Source of the DNA: Octopus vulgaris
Taxonomy: Eukaryota
Assembly (NCBI GenBank): GCA_951406725.2
Contig: OX597832.1
Coordinates: 54,622,001-54,686,000, forward strand
Direction: 5' to 3'
DNA: 64,000 bases
Part shown: in pieces, positions 26,984 to 41,850 of the stretch
Position numbering within the stretch: the first letter of the stretch is position 1
How the letters are laid out: the number at the start of each line of letters is the position of its first letter
Notes under the pieces: model-generated
What the model saw: the letters and a program-made list of their open reading frames with translations, nothing else
What the model was told of the DNA's origin: nothing
Database searches by the model: none
Position numbers and translations under genes: made by a program

Positions 26984-27660
26984 ATTGTGTGTGTGTTTGC
27001 ATAGGAAGATTCGTCAGATTAGCGGACAAATACCTTGCGGTAATTCATTCTGCTTTTTGCGTTGCGGAACACCATCTTTGCTGAGGTCTTCTTAGCATTT
27101 CGCCCAACTGGAGCTGATAAACAAAATACAATGAAGTAAGCAGGTCCATTCTTCTCCTTCTCTTTCTTTCTCCTCCTCTCCCTCTCCCCCTCCTTCTCTT
27201 CACTTCCCCAGTTTTTCAGAATCGCCAACGTTGCGATGTGAGAGGGTCATTCTCGACCAGCCCCAGTTTCTCTTTGCCTACCGAGAAATGGAAGAATGTG
27301 GAACAAGAAAAATGAGAGGATTACAGCCTCTTTCCAACAAAAGTTCTACAAAACCGCCAACCGAAACCAAAGAACATGGTGAGTTTGGATGGGCACCGAT
27401 ACACTGTACAGTATAGAACACTTAAAAAAAGGAAAAATAATAATAATAATAACAACAACAACAACAATAATAATGATAATAATAATAATAGAGATAATAA
27501 TAATATATGTATATATATACGTATATATGTATATATATTTATACGTATATATATATGTATAAATATATATACATATATATATATTTTTACATATATATGC
27601 GTATATATATATGCATATATATATGCGTATATATATATGCATATATATATACGCATATAG

Positions 27661-27704
<44 letters not shown>

Positions 27705-28397
27705 GTGTGTATATGTATACACACACACACACAAAACATACATACGTACATATTTATTGTACGAATACACACGCTCCCATACATATATACACATACAGTT
27801 ACATATATTTGCTCACTGGCACACATACGCTTATATTTAAACATCCGTTAACCTCGTAAATACACACGATAAATTATGTTCATATATAGACAGATGCCAG
27901 CCGCTGGCACACACACAGGCGCCCATTACATTCACTGGCACAGGCACACACACACGCATATATGAACACGAAGTCGTGTGCAAATTATATATAATGATAA
28001 AAGCACAGATATCCACATATACTTAACGCAGATATACGCTTTCTTTTCGCCTACATAACTCGCATAAGTACTTTGTACAATACCGAAAGCAGAAGAAACA
28101 GAAGAAAAAAAAGAAGAAAAAAAAGAAAAAAAAGAAAGAGAAGATTGGAGATTGTAATGCTATATCGATAGCTGGTGGAATGGAGGTAATTTCGAACCGA
28201 TATATCAACTGGCACTATGTAATTAAGTGACAGATATAACGCCGTCTAGACAACCACTACTCTTACAGAAGAAGAGGTGGCAGTGGCAGCAGCGGCGGCG
28301 GTAGAAGCACCAGCAGCAGTAGTAACAACAGCAGCATTAACACCACCGACGAATGGAAGCGAAGTTTATTCGCATCTTCTTACACCACTCTTCGATT

Positions 28398-29296
<899 letters not shown>

Positions 29297-29492
29297 ATAC
29301 ATTGATATAATGGAATAATAATAATTAGAAACCGTGCAGCAATGTAGGCTGGCTTTTAGGGGAATGTGTGTGTGTGTGTGTGTGTGTGTGTCTATGTGTG
29401 TGTGTATGTCTGTCTATCTGTCTGCCTATGTATATATACGTGTATATACATATATGTACGTATATGTATGTATGTATGTATATATATATATG

Positions 29493-29545
<53 letters not shown>

Positions 29546-29700
29546 TTGTATGTATGTATATATGCATGTACATATATACATGTGTACATATACATGTATA
29601 TATACATATATATATACATGTATATATATATATGTATATCTACATCTATGTCGGTGTGTGCATGTGTGTGTGTGCATGGATATGTATATGTGTGTACATA

Positions 29701-29781
<81 letters not shown>

Positions 29782-29863
29782 GTCTACACATATGTGTTTT
29801 TTCTTGGCTCTATTTATTTCTGATAAATTGTTCTTCTGGCAATTACTACTCCTACTAGGACAC

Positions 29864-29894
<31 letters not shown>

Positions 29895-30311
29895 CACTAC
29901 TTCCACCAACACCACCACCACCATTACTACTACCACGCTGCTGCTGCTGCTGTTGCCACCGCCGCTTATGTCAGGAATAATGGTAAGTGTCGTTCCTGTT
30001 CCCACAACAGCGAAGGAAGCGATGTCGTAAACGTTCCGTCATCGGAAGAAAGAAAGAATAAAAAAATAATAAAAATAAACACGGTTGAGAAGTGGTGGAC
30101 CTTGTTTAGGCTTTCACAGCTTAAGCCTTTTCTCTCTTATAATATAAAGACTTTGTGATTGTGTGGTGTTCATGCCTCTCTAAAAACCGTTGTCACCCAT
30201 CAACGAATTTATACTTAGCGGAAGGTCGGAAACGGTTCATCAACGTGTATATGTGTATATGCATATGTGAGTGCGTGTTAAGGAGTGGGGGGGGGAGGGA
30301 ATGTGTGTGCA

Positions 30312-30365
<54 letters not shown>

Positions 30366-30469
30366 CGGTAGGGTGCTGCATGTATTTATGTGTTTGCGTA
30401 TGTGTGTCTGTGTATGTGAGTGCATATGTATGCAGACATATATATATATGTATATATATGTATATCTAT

Positions 30470-30525
<56 letters not shown>

Positions 30526-30533
30526 TATATATA

Positions 30534-31720
30534 CAAGTGTTGGACAAAATAAAGGAAACACCCAGCATCATAGCATTAGAATTTCGAAATATCTATAAAA
30601 CCGCCAAAAGCTTGTTTATTTTTATGTTTTGAGATTTATTATTTGTGTTGCTTAATATGTTTTGCTAAAATTGCTGTTCCATTTCAGATATCATCAGGAA
30701 AAAGTAATTAAAATTCATTAAAATGACAGATCTATCGGTTTTCAAAGAGGTGAAATTCTTGGTGCTCGTATGGCAGGCGCTAGTGAAACAAAAAGAGTCG
30801 AAATGTTTGGTGTATCAAGAAGTACTGTCTCAAAAGTAATGACAGCCTTTGAGAAAGACGGGGAAAACCTCCTCGTCAAAGCAAAACTCCATAAGAAAAC
30901 CAAAACTTTCAGATAGGGACTGTCGGACTCTTATGCAAAATTTTAGAAAGGATCGCAAAGGTACAGTTCCCAAAATTATTGCAGAGCTTAATGACCACCT
31001 CAAGAACCCAGTTTCCACAAAAACTGTTCGCCGGGAGCTGCTCAGAGCCAGATTTCACAGGAATCTGCAATCAGAAAACCACTACTTTCAAAAAACAAAT
31101 ATTGCAAAGCATTTAGAGTGGAGTGAAAACCTACGGAATTGGTCCCTAGAGCAGTGGAAGAATATTTTCTCGGACGAGTCATCCTTTACCTTATTTCCGA
31201 CCACCGGCCAAGTATACATGTGGAGACAGCCAAAAGAAGCATTTGACCCAGACTGCCTTCTTCCATCTGTTAAATATGGAGGAGGATCTGTGATGATTTG
31301 GCGGGGGGTACATCTTGGAAATCCGCTGGCCCAATGGTTTCCCTTCATGGCAGAATTAATACTCAAGACTATTTAAGCATTTTATCTGATCAAATTCATC
31401 CTATGTTTGCGGAACTGTTTCCGGGGGGAAATGCAATCTTTCAGGATGATAAGGCACCAATTCACACAGCTAAAGTTGTTACTGAATGACACGAGGAACA
31501 TTCTAGTGAAGTTGAACATCTTATCTGGCCACCACAGTCCCCAGATCTCAATATTATTAAACATTTAGTGAAGAATGGACAAATATTCCTTTGGAAACAA
31601 TTCAAACTTTGTACGAGTCCATACCTCATAGAATTCAAGGTGTAATTACTGTCAAAGTCTGTCCTACCCCATTTTAAGATAAATTTATTTGAAATTTTAA
31701 CGTGTTTTCATTGTTATGAC
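30534..31720 (+). mobile_element. decayed Tc1-like transposon with DD36E spacing; transposase pseudogene ~30723-31677
   Basis: TA then TIR CAAGTGTTGGACAAAATAAAGGAAACACC; HTH region FQRGEILGARMAGAS..FGVSRSTVSKVM; IFSDESSF, VKYGGGSVMIW, IFQDDKAPIH, WPPQSPDLNII; frameshifts, a stop and an internal deletion. Confidence 0.9.
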
Positions 31721-31925
31721 ACACCTAAAACTCCACGAAGCTCTGGCAGGGAGTGGTGGTGATCCCTGCCGTACTCTTTCACCACAACTTTCTCTCACTC
31801 TTTCTTCTGTTGGCCTGCTCGCTTAGCCAGTGGGGGTGGCGTCATTTGAAGGCTAAAACAATACGAAGCGTATTGTGACCAGCGATGTGTTACAACATCT
31901 GATAGCCTGGTCAGTCATGTGATGT
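31721..31925 (+). mobile_element. 5'-truncated SINE C body with the 26700-type tail
   Basis: ACACCTAAAACTCCACGAAGCTCTGGCAGGG..CTTTCTCTCACTC followed by GGCCTGCTCGCTTAGCCAG..GTGACCAGCGATGTG. Confidence 0.7.
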
Positions 31926-32363
31926 GATATATATATATATATATCGAAAGAGAAAGAGAGAGAGAGAGAGGTGCCATGCAGTGGGATTGAACCCTGAACC
32001 ATGTGGTTAGGAAGCAAGCTTCTTACCACACAGCCACTCCATACATATACATATATACTCTCTCCCTGCACGCACATACACACATACACGCATACATACA
32101 CGCGCACACATGTATATACATATAGATACATACACGTTGATGAGCCGTTTGCGTGTGAGTGTGTGTATGTGTGTTTCTGTGTATTTGTGTGTGTATGTGT
32201 ATGTGTGTATTTGTGTGTGTATTTGTGTGTGTGTGTGTGTGTGTGTGTGTGATGCAGTATGTGGGTTTGCCCCTGTGTCTCTGTGTTGTCATAAATGCGG
32301 TTTCGCAGACTTTGAGGCATCCACACGGACAGTAAGAAATATGTTGAAAATTCAATGTCACAT

Positions 32364-32411
<48 letters not shown>

Positions 32412-32659
32412 ATACACACAGACACACAGACACACACACACACACGCACACACAAATCAACTAGAACATATATCGATGTACTGATCAACACATGCATACT
32501 GTGTTAAACGGCCGTTTCTTTTGATCCTGCCAAGATGGCTGCCGATAGCGCGCAATCTAAGATGGAGGATATTGCGTGTTGCGAGCAAAAGACAATAATT
32601 GCGTTTGTCGTAATGAGATTTGTCTGGTAAAACCAGGCTGTTTAATATTGCTTACTGAG

Positions 32660-32680
32660 AGATAGATTGATGGATGGATG

Positions 32681-32750
<70 letters not shown>

Positions 32751-32759
32751 GAGAGAGAC

Positions 32760-32826
<67 letters not shown>

Positions 32827-32905
32827 CAGACTGACTGACAGACAGATAGATAGAGAGAGAGAGAGAGACAGACAAACAGACGGATAGACAGACAGACAGA
32901 CAGAC

Positions 32906-33004
<99 letters not shown>

Positions 33005-33050
33005 CAGACAGACAAACAGACAGACAAACAGACAGACTGACAGACAGACG

Positions 33051-33104
<54 letters not shown>

Positions 33105-33204
33105 CAGACAGACAAACAGACAGACAAACAGACAGACTGACAGACAGACGGACAGATAGAGAGATAAATAAATAGATATATAGACTGATAAGGAGAGATG
33201 TGAG

Positions 33205-33235
<31 letters not shown>
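32660..33235. repeat. (GATA)n/(GACA)n/(GA)n microsatellite
   Basis: Direct inspection; a similar array lies at 50958-51230. Confidence 0.95.
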
Positions 33236-33238
<3 letters not shown>

Positions 33239-33421
33239 AGAGATGGAATGATGGGAAGGCAGGGGAGGCGACGTGAAAGCGAACGAAAAAGAGATTCTTC
33301 GTCTTCGGTGACTGTTTCATTCCATATGTCAAACCATCTCGTGCTGATATATAAAGATAAATATCTATTGAAACATGACTGTATATATGAACATATACCC
33401 ATGAGGTTGCTGCAGCTGCTT

Positions 33422-33458
<37 letters not shown>

Positions 33459-33465
33459 AACACCA

Positions 33466-33497
<32 letters not shown>

Positions 33498-33584
33498 CAC
33501 CATCACCACCACCACCACTGCCGCTGCCGCTGCTGCTGTTAGAAATAATAATAACAAAAGCAATAATTATATAAAAATAATAAT

Positions 33585-33819
33585 TTATTTCTTTATTGCC
33601 CTCAGGGGGCTAAAGATAGAGGGGACAAACAAGGACAGACAAGGGGATTAAGTCGATTTACATCGACCCCAGTGATTAACTGGTACTTATTTAATCGACC
33701 CCCTAAAGGATGAAAGGCAAAGTCGACCTCGGCGGAATTTGAACTCAGAATGTAAACTGCAGACGAAATACCGCTAGGTATTTCGCCCGGCGTGCTAACG
33801 TTTCTGCTAGCTCGCCGCC
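33585..33819 (-). mobile_element. SINE family A monomer
   Basis: Full reverse-complement match, beside (AAT)n. Confidence 0.9.
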
Positions 33820-33836
33820 TTAATAATAATAATGAT

Positions 33837-33911
<75 letters not shown>

Positions 33912-33912
<1 letters not shown>

Positions 33913-34301
33913 TGTGGAAGAACTCCGTCGGTTACGACGATGAGGGTTCCGGTTGATCCGAATCAACAGAACAGCCTGCTCGTGAAATTAACGTGTAAGT
34001 GGCTGAGCAATCCACAGACACGTGCACCCTTAACGTAGTTCTCGGGGATATTCAGCGTGATACAGAGAGTGACAAGGCCGGCCCCTTGAAATACAGGTAC
34101 AACAGAAACAGGAAGTAAGAGTGAGAGAAAGTTGTGGCGAAAGAGTACAGCAGGGATCACCACCATCCCCTGCCGGAGCCTCGTGGAGCTTTTTAGGTGT
34201 TTTCGCTCAATAAACACTCACAACGCCCGGTCTGGGAATCGAAACCGCTATCCTATGACCGCGAGTCCGCTGCCCCAACCACTGGGCCATTGCGCCTCCA
34301 C
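33912..34301 (-). mobile_element. SINE family C, full length
   Basis: Reverse complement of 36738-37130; flanked by (AAT)n on both sides. Confidence 0.9.
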
Positions 34302-34302
34302 G

Positions 34303-34360
<58 letters not shown>

Positions 34361-34363
<3 letters not shown>

Positions 34364-34700
34364 AAAAGGAAACACGATAGCCCAAAGGCGGTACGATAAC
34401 ATTGGTCAGTTTGTTCACTGAGGACTGTGTGACTAGTACGGTCTTGAAAGAACACAGAAATGGTACGAACATAAACAAGAAGGTATCATCACAGAGAATA
34501 ATGAGTATCAGTCAATCCAGTGTGCCTCAGTGGTTGATGCCCGGAGACCAGACATTGTTGTAGTGGATAAAAAAGGAAGAAGGAAAACACGATAATAGAT
34601 ATATAAAGGATTGCGGTAACTCCTCAGAAGATATAGAGTCAAAATTAAAAGAAGAGTGCCATTGTCATCTAGATGACAATGGCGGCACTCTTCTTTCAAT
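34361..34700 (+). pseudogene. R4/Dong-type LINE RLE-domain fragment
   Basis: RRYDNIGQFVH*GLCD*YGLERTQKWYEHKQEG..IQC..VVDARRPDIVVVDKK; starts directly after (AAT)n. Confidence 0.75.
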
Positions 34701-34721
34701 TTTGATATTATTATTATTATT

Positions 34722-34925
34722 GGCGGCGAGCTGGCAGAATCGTTCGCACGCCGGGCAAAATACTTAGCGGCATTTCGTCCGTCTTTACGTTCAGAGTTCA
34801 AATTACGCCTATGTTGACCTTGCCTTTCATCCTTTCGAGATCGATAAAATAGATACCAGTTGAGCATTAGTAAACGACATATCTTGATCCAAAATTGCTG
34901 GCCTTGTACCAAAAATTTGAAACTA
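34722..34925 (+). mobile_element. SINE family A, tail type 2
   Basis: Head and central domain, ending CCAAAATTGCTGGCCTTGTACCAAAAATTTG. Confidence 0.8.
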
Positions 34926-34939
34926 TCTTTATTATTATT

Positions 34940-35321
34940 ATGTTTTTTCCTTCTTTCTTCAAATTTTCTTCCGTTCCTCGCCGAGTGTTATCCATACACT
35001 TAGGGCAGAGAAGCTCATTGTATGTATTCCCAGATTACACGCGCAAATTCACAGATAAAATATGTATTTAAAAATTAATAAATAAATAAATTCATGGATG
35101 GGTGTTATTTTCACAGCGATAGTGCTCTTCTCAGTACTTGAGCCGTTCCAGTTAATACGATTTTTTGCACTTCCTGTAGGGATGGTAAGCCTAGAATCAT
35201 TTTCAAATTGGTTTCAGTACCTTTTTTTTATCATTCCTAGAGATCCTACAATCACTGGTACTGTAGTCGCCTTGAGATGCCACATTTTTTCAATTTCTAT
35301 TAGCAGGTCTTTATATTTACT
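34940..35321 (-). mobile_element. 5'-truncated Dong-type LINE 3' end, related to 57241-60282
   Basis: KYKDLLIEIEKMWHLKATTVPVIVGSLGMIKK; 3' UTR similar to 60205-60280; (TAA)n at both ends. Confidence 0.85.
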
Positions 35322-35322
35322 A

Positions 35323-35391
<69 letters not shown>

Positions 35392-35392
<1 letters not shown>

Positions 35393-35841
35393 TATGTTTG
35401 ACTTTTGCTTTATATTTGTACAAGTTGGCTCCAAGTCTCACCCAGAGACTCAAGAGACAACAGGGTTGGGAGTTCATGTTGTTGTTATGCCTAGTGTGCC
35501 ATATATTTGGGGGGTGGGGATGTTGTACTAATGAATGTCTAAAAAAAAAAAAAGTTTTTTTTTTTTTTTTTTTTAAACCGAAAATTATGGTTGTTTTAAA
35601 CCTTGAGGTTACATAGAGAGTATTTTGCGTAGGATATGAGCAGTTCCCATGAGCACTATCTTTTGAACTTCTGCCATTTTTGGGTTTCCTGGTATCTGAG
35701 TTAGGTAGCTATCAGCCCCTTTTGCTATCATTCCCAGGGCACCTATGACAACAGGTATTGTTTTAGTCTTCAGCTTCCACATTTTGCTGATTTCTATTTC
35801 AAGATCTTTATATTTGCTCAGTTTTTGGTAGGTCCTGACAG
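35392..35841 (-). mobile_element. 5'-truncated Dong-type LINE 3' end, second subfamily
   Basis: LSKYKDLEIEISKMWKLKTKTIPVVIGALGMIAKG..EVQKIVLMGTAHILRKILSM*; (TAA)n at both ends. Confidence 0.85.
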
Positions 35842-35977
<136 letters not shown>

Positions 35978-35980
35978 TTA

Positions 35981-36188
35981 CAGGAGGGCCACATCTCTAT
36001 GATCCTCCCCGCCCCCACTTTTTTAAAACCTTTGTATGCTATGCATACGTCCCTTCTTTTTCAGTGTATACCGTGTATACTTTCACTTTTTTAAAATCAT
36101 TTATCGTATCATTATATGTAAGCCCCCAACACTTTATGACTGTCTTTGTACTGTCCTCCTCATCCTTTGCCCTTGTGGCAAATAAATG

Positions 36189-36192
<4 letters not shown>
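35981..36192 (+). mobile_element. probable LINE 3' UTR fragment resembling the SINE A tail
   Basis: Ends TTTGCCCTTGTGGCAAATAAATGAAAT then (CAT)n, versus SINE A TTAGCCCCTTGTGGGYAATAAAGAAAT. Confidence 0.45.
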
Positions 36193-36227
<35 letters not shown>

Positions 36228-36265
36228 GCATCATTGTTGTTGTTATCATTATTATTGTTATTATT

Positions 36266-36612
36266 ATATGCTTGACTTTTGCTTTGTATTTGTACAAGTT
36301 GACTCCAAGCCTCACCCAGAGACCTCAAGAGACAACAATAGAAGTCCAAGTTGGTATTATGCCTAGGGTGCCATATATTTGGTTTTGGACAAGGTATTAT
36401 TCTAGAGAATGTTTAAGAAAAGATAGGAAAATTATGAGTTTGTTTTAAAAATTGAGATTACATAGACATTATTTTATGTAGGACATGAGCAGATCCCATG
36501 AGCACTATCTTTTGAATTTCTGCCATTTTGGAGTTTGCTGGTATCTGAGCTAGGTTGCAATCGGCCCCTTTAGCTATCATTCCTAGGGCACCTATGACAA
36601 CAGGTATTGTTT
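36266..36612 (-). mobile_element. 5'-truncated Dong-type LINE 3' end, second subfamily
   Basis: Homologous to 35392-35760; (TAA)n at both ends. Confidence 0.85.
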
Positions 36613-36613
36613 A

Positions 36614-36714
<101 letters not shown>

Positions 36715-36737
36715 GTGGATTGGTTTACTACTTAACC

Positions 36738-37130
36738 AGTGGATGCGCAATGGTCCAGTGGTTAGGGCAGCGGACTTGCGGTCGTAGGATCGCGGTTTCG
36801 ATTTCCAGACCGGGCGTTGTGAACGTTTATTGAGCGAAAACATCTAAAGCTCTACGAGGCTCCGGCAGCAGGTGGTGGCGGACCCTGCTGTATTTTTTCC
36901 TCACACCTTTCTCTCGCTCTTTCTTCCTGTTTCTCTTGTACCTGTATTTCAAGTGGGGCCAGCCTTGTCACACTCTGTATCATGATGAATCTCCCCTGAG
37001 AACTACGTTAAGGCTACACGTGTCTGTGGAGCGCTTGGCCACTTGCACGTTAATTTCACGAGCAGACTGTTCCGTTGATCGGATCATCTGGAACTCTCAT
37101 CGTCGCAACCGACGGAGTACCACTACTACT
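36738..37130 (+). mobile_element. SINE family C, full length
   Basis: A box TGGTCCAGTGG, B box GGTTTCGATTTCC, conserved body. Confidence 0.9.
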
Positions 37131-37389
37131 TAACCAAATGACGAAGCAATTGTTTCATTAATCATTCCGGTTTATCACTCAATCAGTTATGCTTGCCAAA
37201 GTTCTTTCGTTGCTATTCGTGACCTCATAGGTGTATGTAAGTAGGAATGTGGATACAGTAATATAATACGAGGGAAATAGAGACGAAAAGACTTTGACAA
37301 ACGGAACCGATTGATTGATTAATCGATTAAGTGATTTACTGATTGATTAGTCGAATGATTAACTAAGCAATTGATTAATTAATTGGTCA

Positions 37390-37770
37390 AATATTCTGTT
37401 CTACTGTAGGCACAAGGCCCGAAATTTGGGTGAGGGTGCCAGTCGATTCGATCGATCTCAGTACGCAACTAGTACTTAATTTATCGACCCCGAAAGGATG
37501 AAAGGCAAAGTCGACCTCGGCGGAATTTGAACTCAGAACATAGAAGGCAGACGAAATACCTATTTCTTTACTACCCACAGAGGGGACAAACAAGGACAGA
37601 CAAACGGATAAGCCGATTACATCGACCCCAGTGCGAAATTGGTACTTTATTTATCGACCCCGAAAGGATGAAAGGCAAAGTCAACCACGGCGGAATTTGA
37701 ACTCAGAACATAAAGACAGACGAAATACCCCCAAGCATTTTGCTCGACTTGCTAACGTTTCTGGCTTCTT
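37390..37770 (-). mobile_element. SINE family A dimer
   Basis: Reverse-complement junction GAAATACC-TATTTCTTT at ~37553-37569. Confidence 0.85.
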
Positions 37771-37960
37771 CTATAGTCTCTGATAATAAAACCTTGAGAG
37801 TAGATTTGGTATGTGTCTGTGTGTCTGTGTGTGTTGTGTTTGTTGTGTGTGTATGTGTGTGTGTTGCCTTTATGTCTGTCCCTCACCACCGCTTGACAAC
37901 TGGTGCTTCTGTGTTTACGTCCCCGTAACTTAGCGGTTCTGCAAAAAAGATTGATAGCCT

Positions 37961-38472
37961 AAGTACCAGGCTTACATAAAAAAAATAATAATAATAAAAT
38001 TAAGTACGGGGACGATTCGAATAACAAGGAAATGAAAATAGAACCAGTACGTGTGTTTATTATTGGCATAATGACCCAACCGAGAAAAAAAAGAATGAAT
38101 GTAGTACTCAGGTTCGAACTATAGTTAAGTACCAGGCTTGCATAAAAAAAAATAATAATAATAAAAATTAAGTACTGGGGACGATTCGAATAACAAGGAA
38201 GTGAAAATAGAACCAGTACGTGTGTTTATTATTGGCATAATGACCCAACCGAGAAAAAAAAGAATGAATGTAGTACTCAGGTTCGAACTATAGTTAAGTA
38301 CCAGGCTTGCATAAAAAAAAAATAATAATAATAAAAATTAAGTACTTGGGACGATTCGAATAACAAGGAAGTGAAACTAGAACCAGTACGTGTGTTTATT
38401 ATTGGCATAATGACCCAACCGAGTAAAAAAAGAAAATAGGAGAATGAATGTAGTATTCAGGTTCAAACTACA
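37961..38472. repeat. three near-identical ~166-169-bp tandem copies starting inside a SINE B tail
   Basis: AAGTACCAGGCTT at 37961, 38127 and 38296. Confidence 0.9.
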
Positions 38473-39118
38473 ATCTCCGTTTCCTCCATTTAGTTTGGAG
38501 CAGAATCCCGGTAATTATTCAAATCCGAGTTGAAAATCGTGATTTCAGAGATACAGAACGCACCTCATTACCGTCTTTTACACCCTAGCAACCATCAACC
38601 ATCAACCCCGCTAGCGTGCTTGCTTGCTCGCTCGCCGTCACCGCGCGCTGGGAGAGAGAGAGAGGGGGGTAGGGGTAGGGAGGTAGATCACCCTTTCTGC
38701 TACAGACTCGGTTAAACTAAACACTATTCAATATAGATCTGACACTTTCTACTTCTATTGTTCGTGACAAGTCTCCATAATAGTCTTAATCATTACAAAA
38801 CACTAACTGATCTCCAGCACGATTCATGATCAGAGGTGGAAAAGAAGAAAAAAAACAAAAAAAAAAAACAAAAACAAAAACAAAAAAAGAAGCCTTTGAA
38901 ATCTCAAGAATTCCTCAGCTTTTAGTCACAGGCATTTATCGGTTCTCTTCACTTTCACGCGTGCGCGCACACGCACGAGCACGTACACATACACACACAA
39001 ATATACACGCATACGAAATTACTACAGACACGAACACACACACACATACCCGAAATTACAACAGACATGTTAGTTAAGTAACAGACTTTACAGTGGTGCA
39101 ATATAGCATGTATATATG

Positions 39119-39158
<40 letters not shown>

Positions 39159-39357
39159 CATATATGTATGTATGTACTTATATGTATTTAGATATATTCA
39201 CACATACATACATGCACACATACACACATACATACTAGTCTGTATAGCGTGTGTATATATCAATGTCTGTCTGACTCTTTTTTTTATTTCTCTCTCTCTC
39301 TATCACTGTCTGTCTAACTGTCTCTCTCTCTCTCTATGTATATATATATATAATATA

Positions 39358-39419
<62 letters not shown>

Positions 39420-39433
39420 TATATATTTATACA

Positions 39434-39464
<31 letters not shown>

Positions 39465-39517
39465 TATATATATACACACATATATATACATATACGTATA
39501 TCAATCTGTCTATATAT

Positions 39518-39588
<71 letters not shown>

Positions 39589-40311
39589 CACATGTACATA
39601 TACTTTATATATGCATGCGTATACATATGTATACATCTAATTTATTTATATACACACTATATATGCATGTATATATATGTATATGCGCATGTGTGAGTGC
39701 GTGTGTCTTTACGCGTGCATGTAAGTGGAGGATGATGTCTGTACATTACAAACAAAGAGCAATAAGCGACTCTCAGGGATCCATAACGTGAAATAAAGCT
39801 CAGTATCTACTTTTTTAAATAACAATTATTTTGAATTTTTGTCGAAGTTTTAAAATCATTGCTTGTCGGAATTTCGAGGCATTTGTGTTTGCATATACAT
39901 ATACATACACATATATGTTTGTGAGTGTGTATATCTGTACATATGTATATAGAGAGAGAGAAAGAGAGAGAAAAGGAACACAGAAAACGTAGGCTTTACA
40001 TAGTTTACATGTGTTTCAGTAAGACTGCATTAGTTACGTAAGTCGGTGGGCAATATTGAACAACAATTCAGCCGACTCACTTCGTCAGGCTTATCAGAAA
40101 ATATATGTTGGCTGTTGGCAAACCACAATGGGCATAGAAATGCAGTGTGGAACTTGTCTACCGTGCACAAAACTTTGAGTAACGAAAGTGTCATACATTT
40201 CGGCCTACCATTTGAAGAGTGCTACATATACATACATACATACATTACATGTATACTGGGCTTTGTGTATTTTACCCCAGTGCCACTTTGATTGGCTGCA
40301 CTGCTCTCACC

Positions 40312-40380
<69 letters not shown>

Positions 40381-40496
40381 CAACGATAATATAATCGTGA
40401 TGATAATGAGAGACTAAGAATCGTGTTAGCGTAAATCGCAGAACATTCCTGACAGGAATTTGCACAGCAAACGTATGCATTGTAACTTCTCTATGA

Positions 40497-40537
<41 letters not shown>

Positions 40538-40944
40538 CATGTGTGCATGTGTGCGCGCGCGTGTGCGTGTATGTATGTATGCATGCATGTGCGTGTGTGT
40601 GTGTGTGTGTGAGTGCGTGTGTGTCTGTGTATTTATGTATACTCCACCACTGTATGTATTGTATTAAGCCTATATGTTGATACGTACATGTGTGTGTGTG
40701 TTTGGTTTTGTGTGTGTGTGCATGTCTTCCATGAATATAACTGTTATCTTAATCCTACATTTTTGTAAGTACGTGTGTAGTGCATGTCTGTGTGTTTGTA
40801 TGCGTGTATGTGTGTATGTGTGTGTGTCTTCTATCAATGTATTTGTTATATTAAGCTTATATATTCATACGTATGTGTATACATGTGTGTATGTGTGCCT
40901 TCCATGAATATAACTACCATATTAATCCTATATGTTGATATGTA

Positions 40945-41106
40945 AGCGTAGGAGTGGCTGTGTGGTAAGTAGCTTGCTTACGAACTACATGGTTCCGGGT
41001 TCAGTCCCATTGCGTGGCACCTTGAGAAACTGTCTTCTACTATAGCCTCAGGCCGACCAAAGCCTTGTGAGTGGATTTGGTAGGCGGAAACTGAAAGAAG
41101 TCCGTC

Positions 41107-41162
<56 letters not shown>

Positions 41163-41184
41163 GACGGACTTCTTTCAGTTTCCG

Positions 41185-41239
<55 letters not shown>

Positions 41240-41461
41240 GTGTGTGTATATGTTTGTGTGTCTGTGTTTGTCTCCCCAACATCACTTGACAACCGATGCT
41301 GGTGTGTTTACGTCCCCGTAACTTAGCGGTTCGGCAAAAGAGACCGATAGAACAAGTACTAGGTTTACAAAGAATAAGTCCTGGGGTCAATTTGCTCGAC
41401 TGAAGGTTGTGCTCCAGCCTGGCCGCAGTCAAATGACTGAAACAGGTAAAAGAGTAAAAGA
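40945..41461 (+). mobile_element. SINE family B, full length, with an internal foldback duplication
   Basis: GCGTAGGAGTGGCTGTGTGGTAAG head through to the GTAAAAGAGTAAAAGA tail. Confidence 0.9.
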
Positions 41462-41640
41462 ATGTGTGTGTATGTGTATGTATGTGTTTCATCAATATAT
41501 CTGTTATAAGAACCCTATATGTTGGTATGTGTTTGTGACCATATATGTGTGTGTTCTGCCAATGTATGCTATATTAATGATATACGATGTTGGCATGCGT
41601 TTGTATCTTTTGTTTCCTGTATCTTTAAATGTGTGTGTGT

Positions 41641-41693
<53 letters not shown>

Positions 41694-41817
41694 TGTTCCA
41701 TCAATGTATCTATTATCGTAATCTATTTGTTGATATATATATGTATGTATGTATGCGTGTATGTCTTCCATCAGTATATGGTGACGTGTGTGTGTGTGTT
41801 TTTGTATGTGTTTGTGT

Positions 41818-41850
<33 letters not shown>

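Noticed and set aside
36738-36812. tRNA-like sequences with A and B boxes
   Set aside because: These are SINE heads continuing into repeat bodies, not tRNA genes
37961-38472. Regularly spaced repeats suggestive of CRISPR
   Set aside because: Whole units are duplicated with no unique spacers, no cas genes, and eukaryotic context
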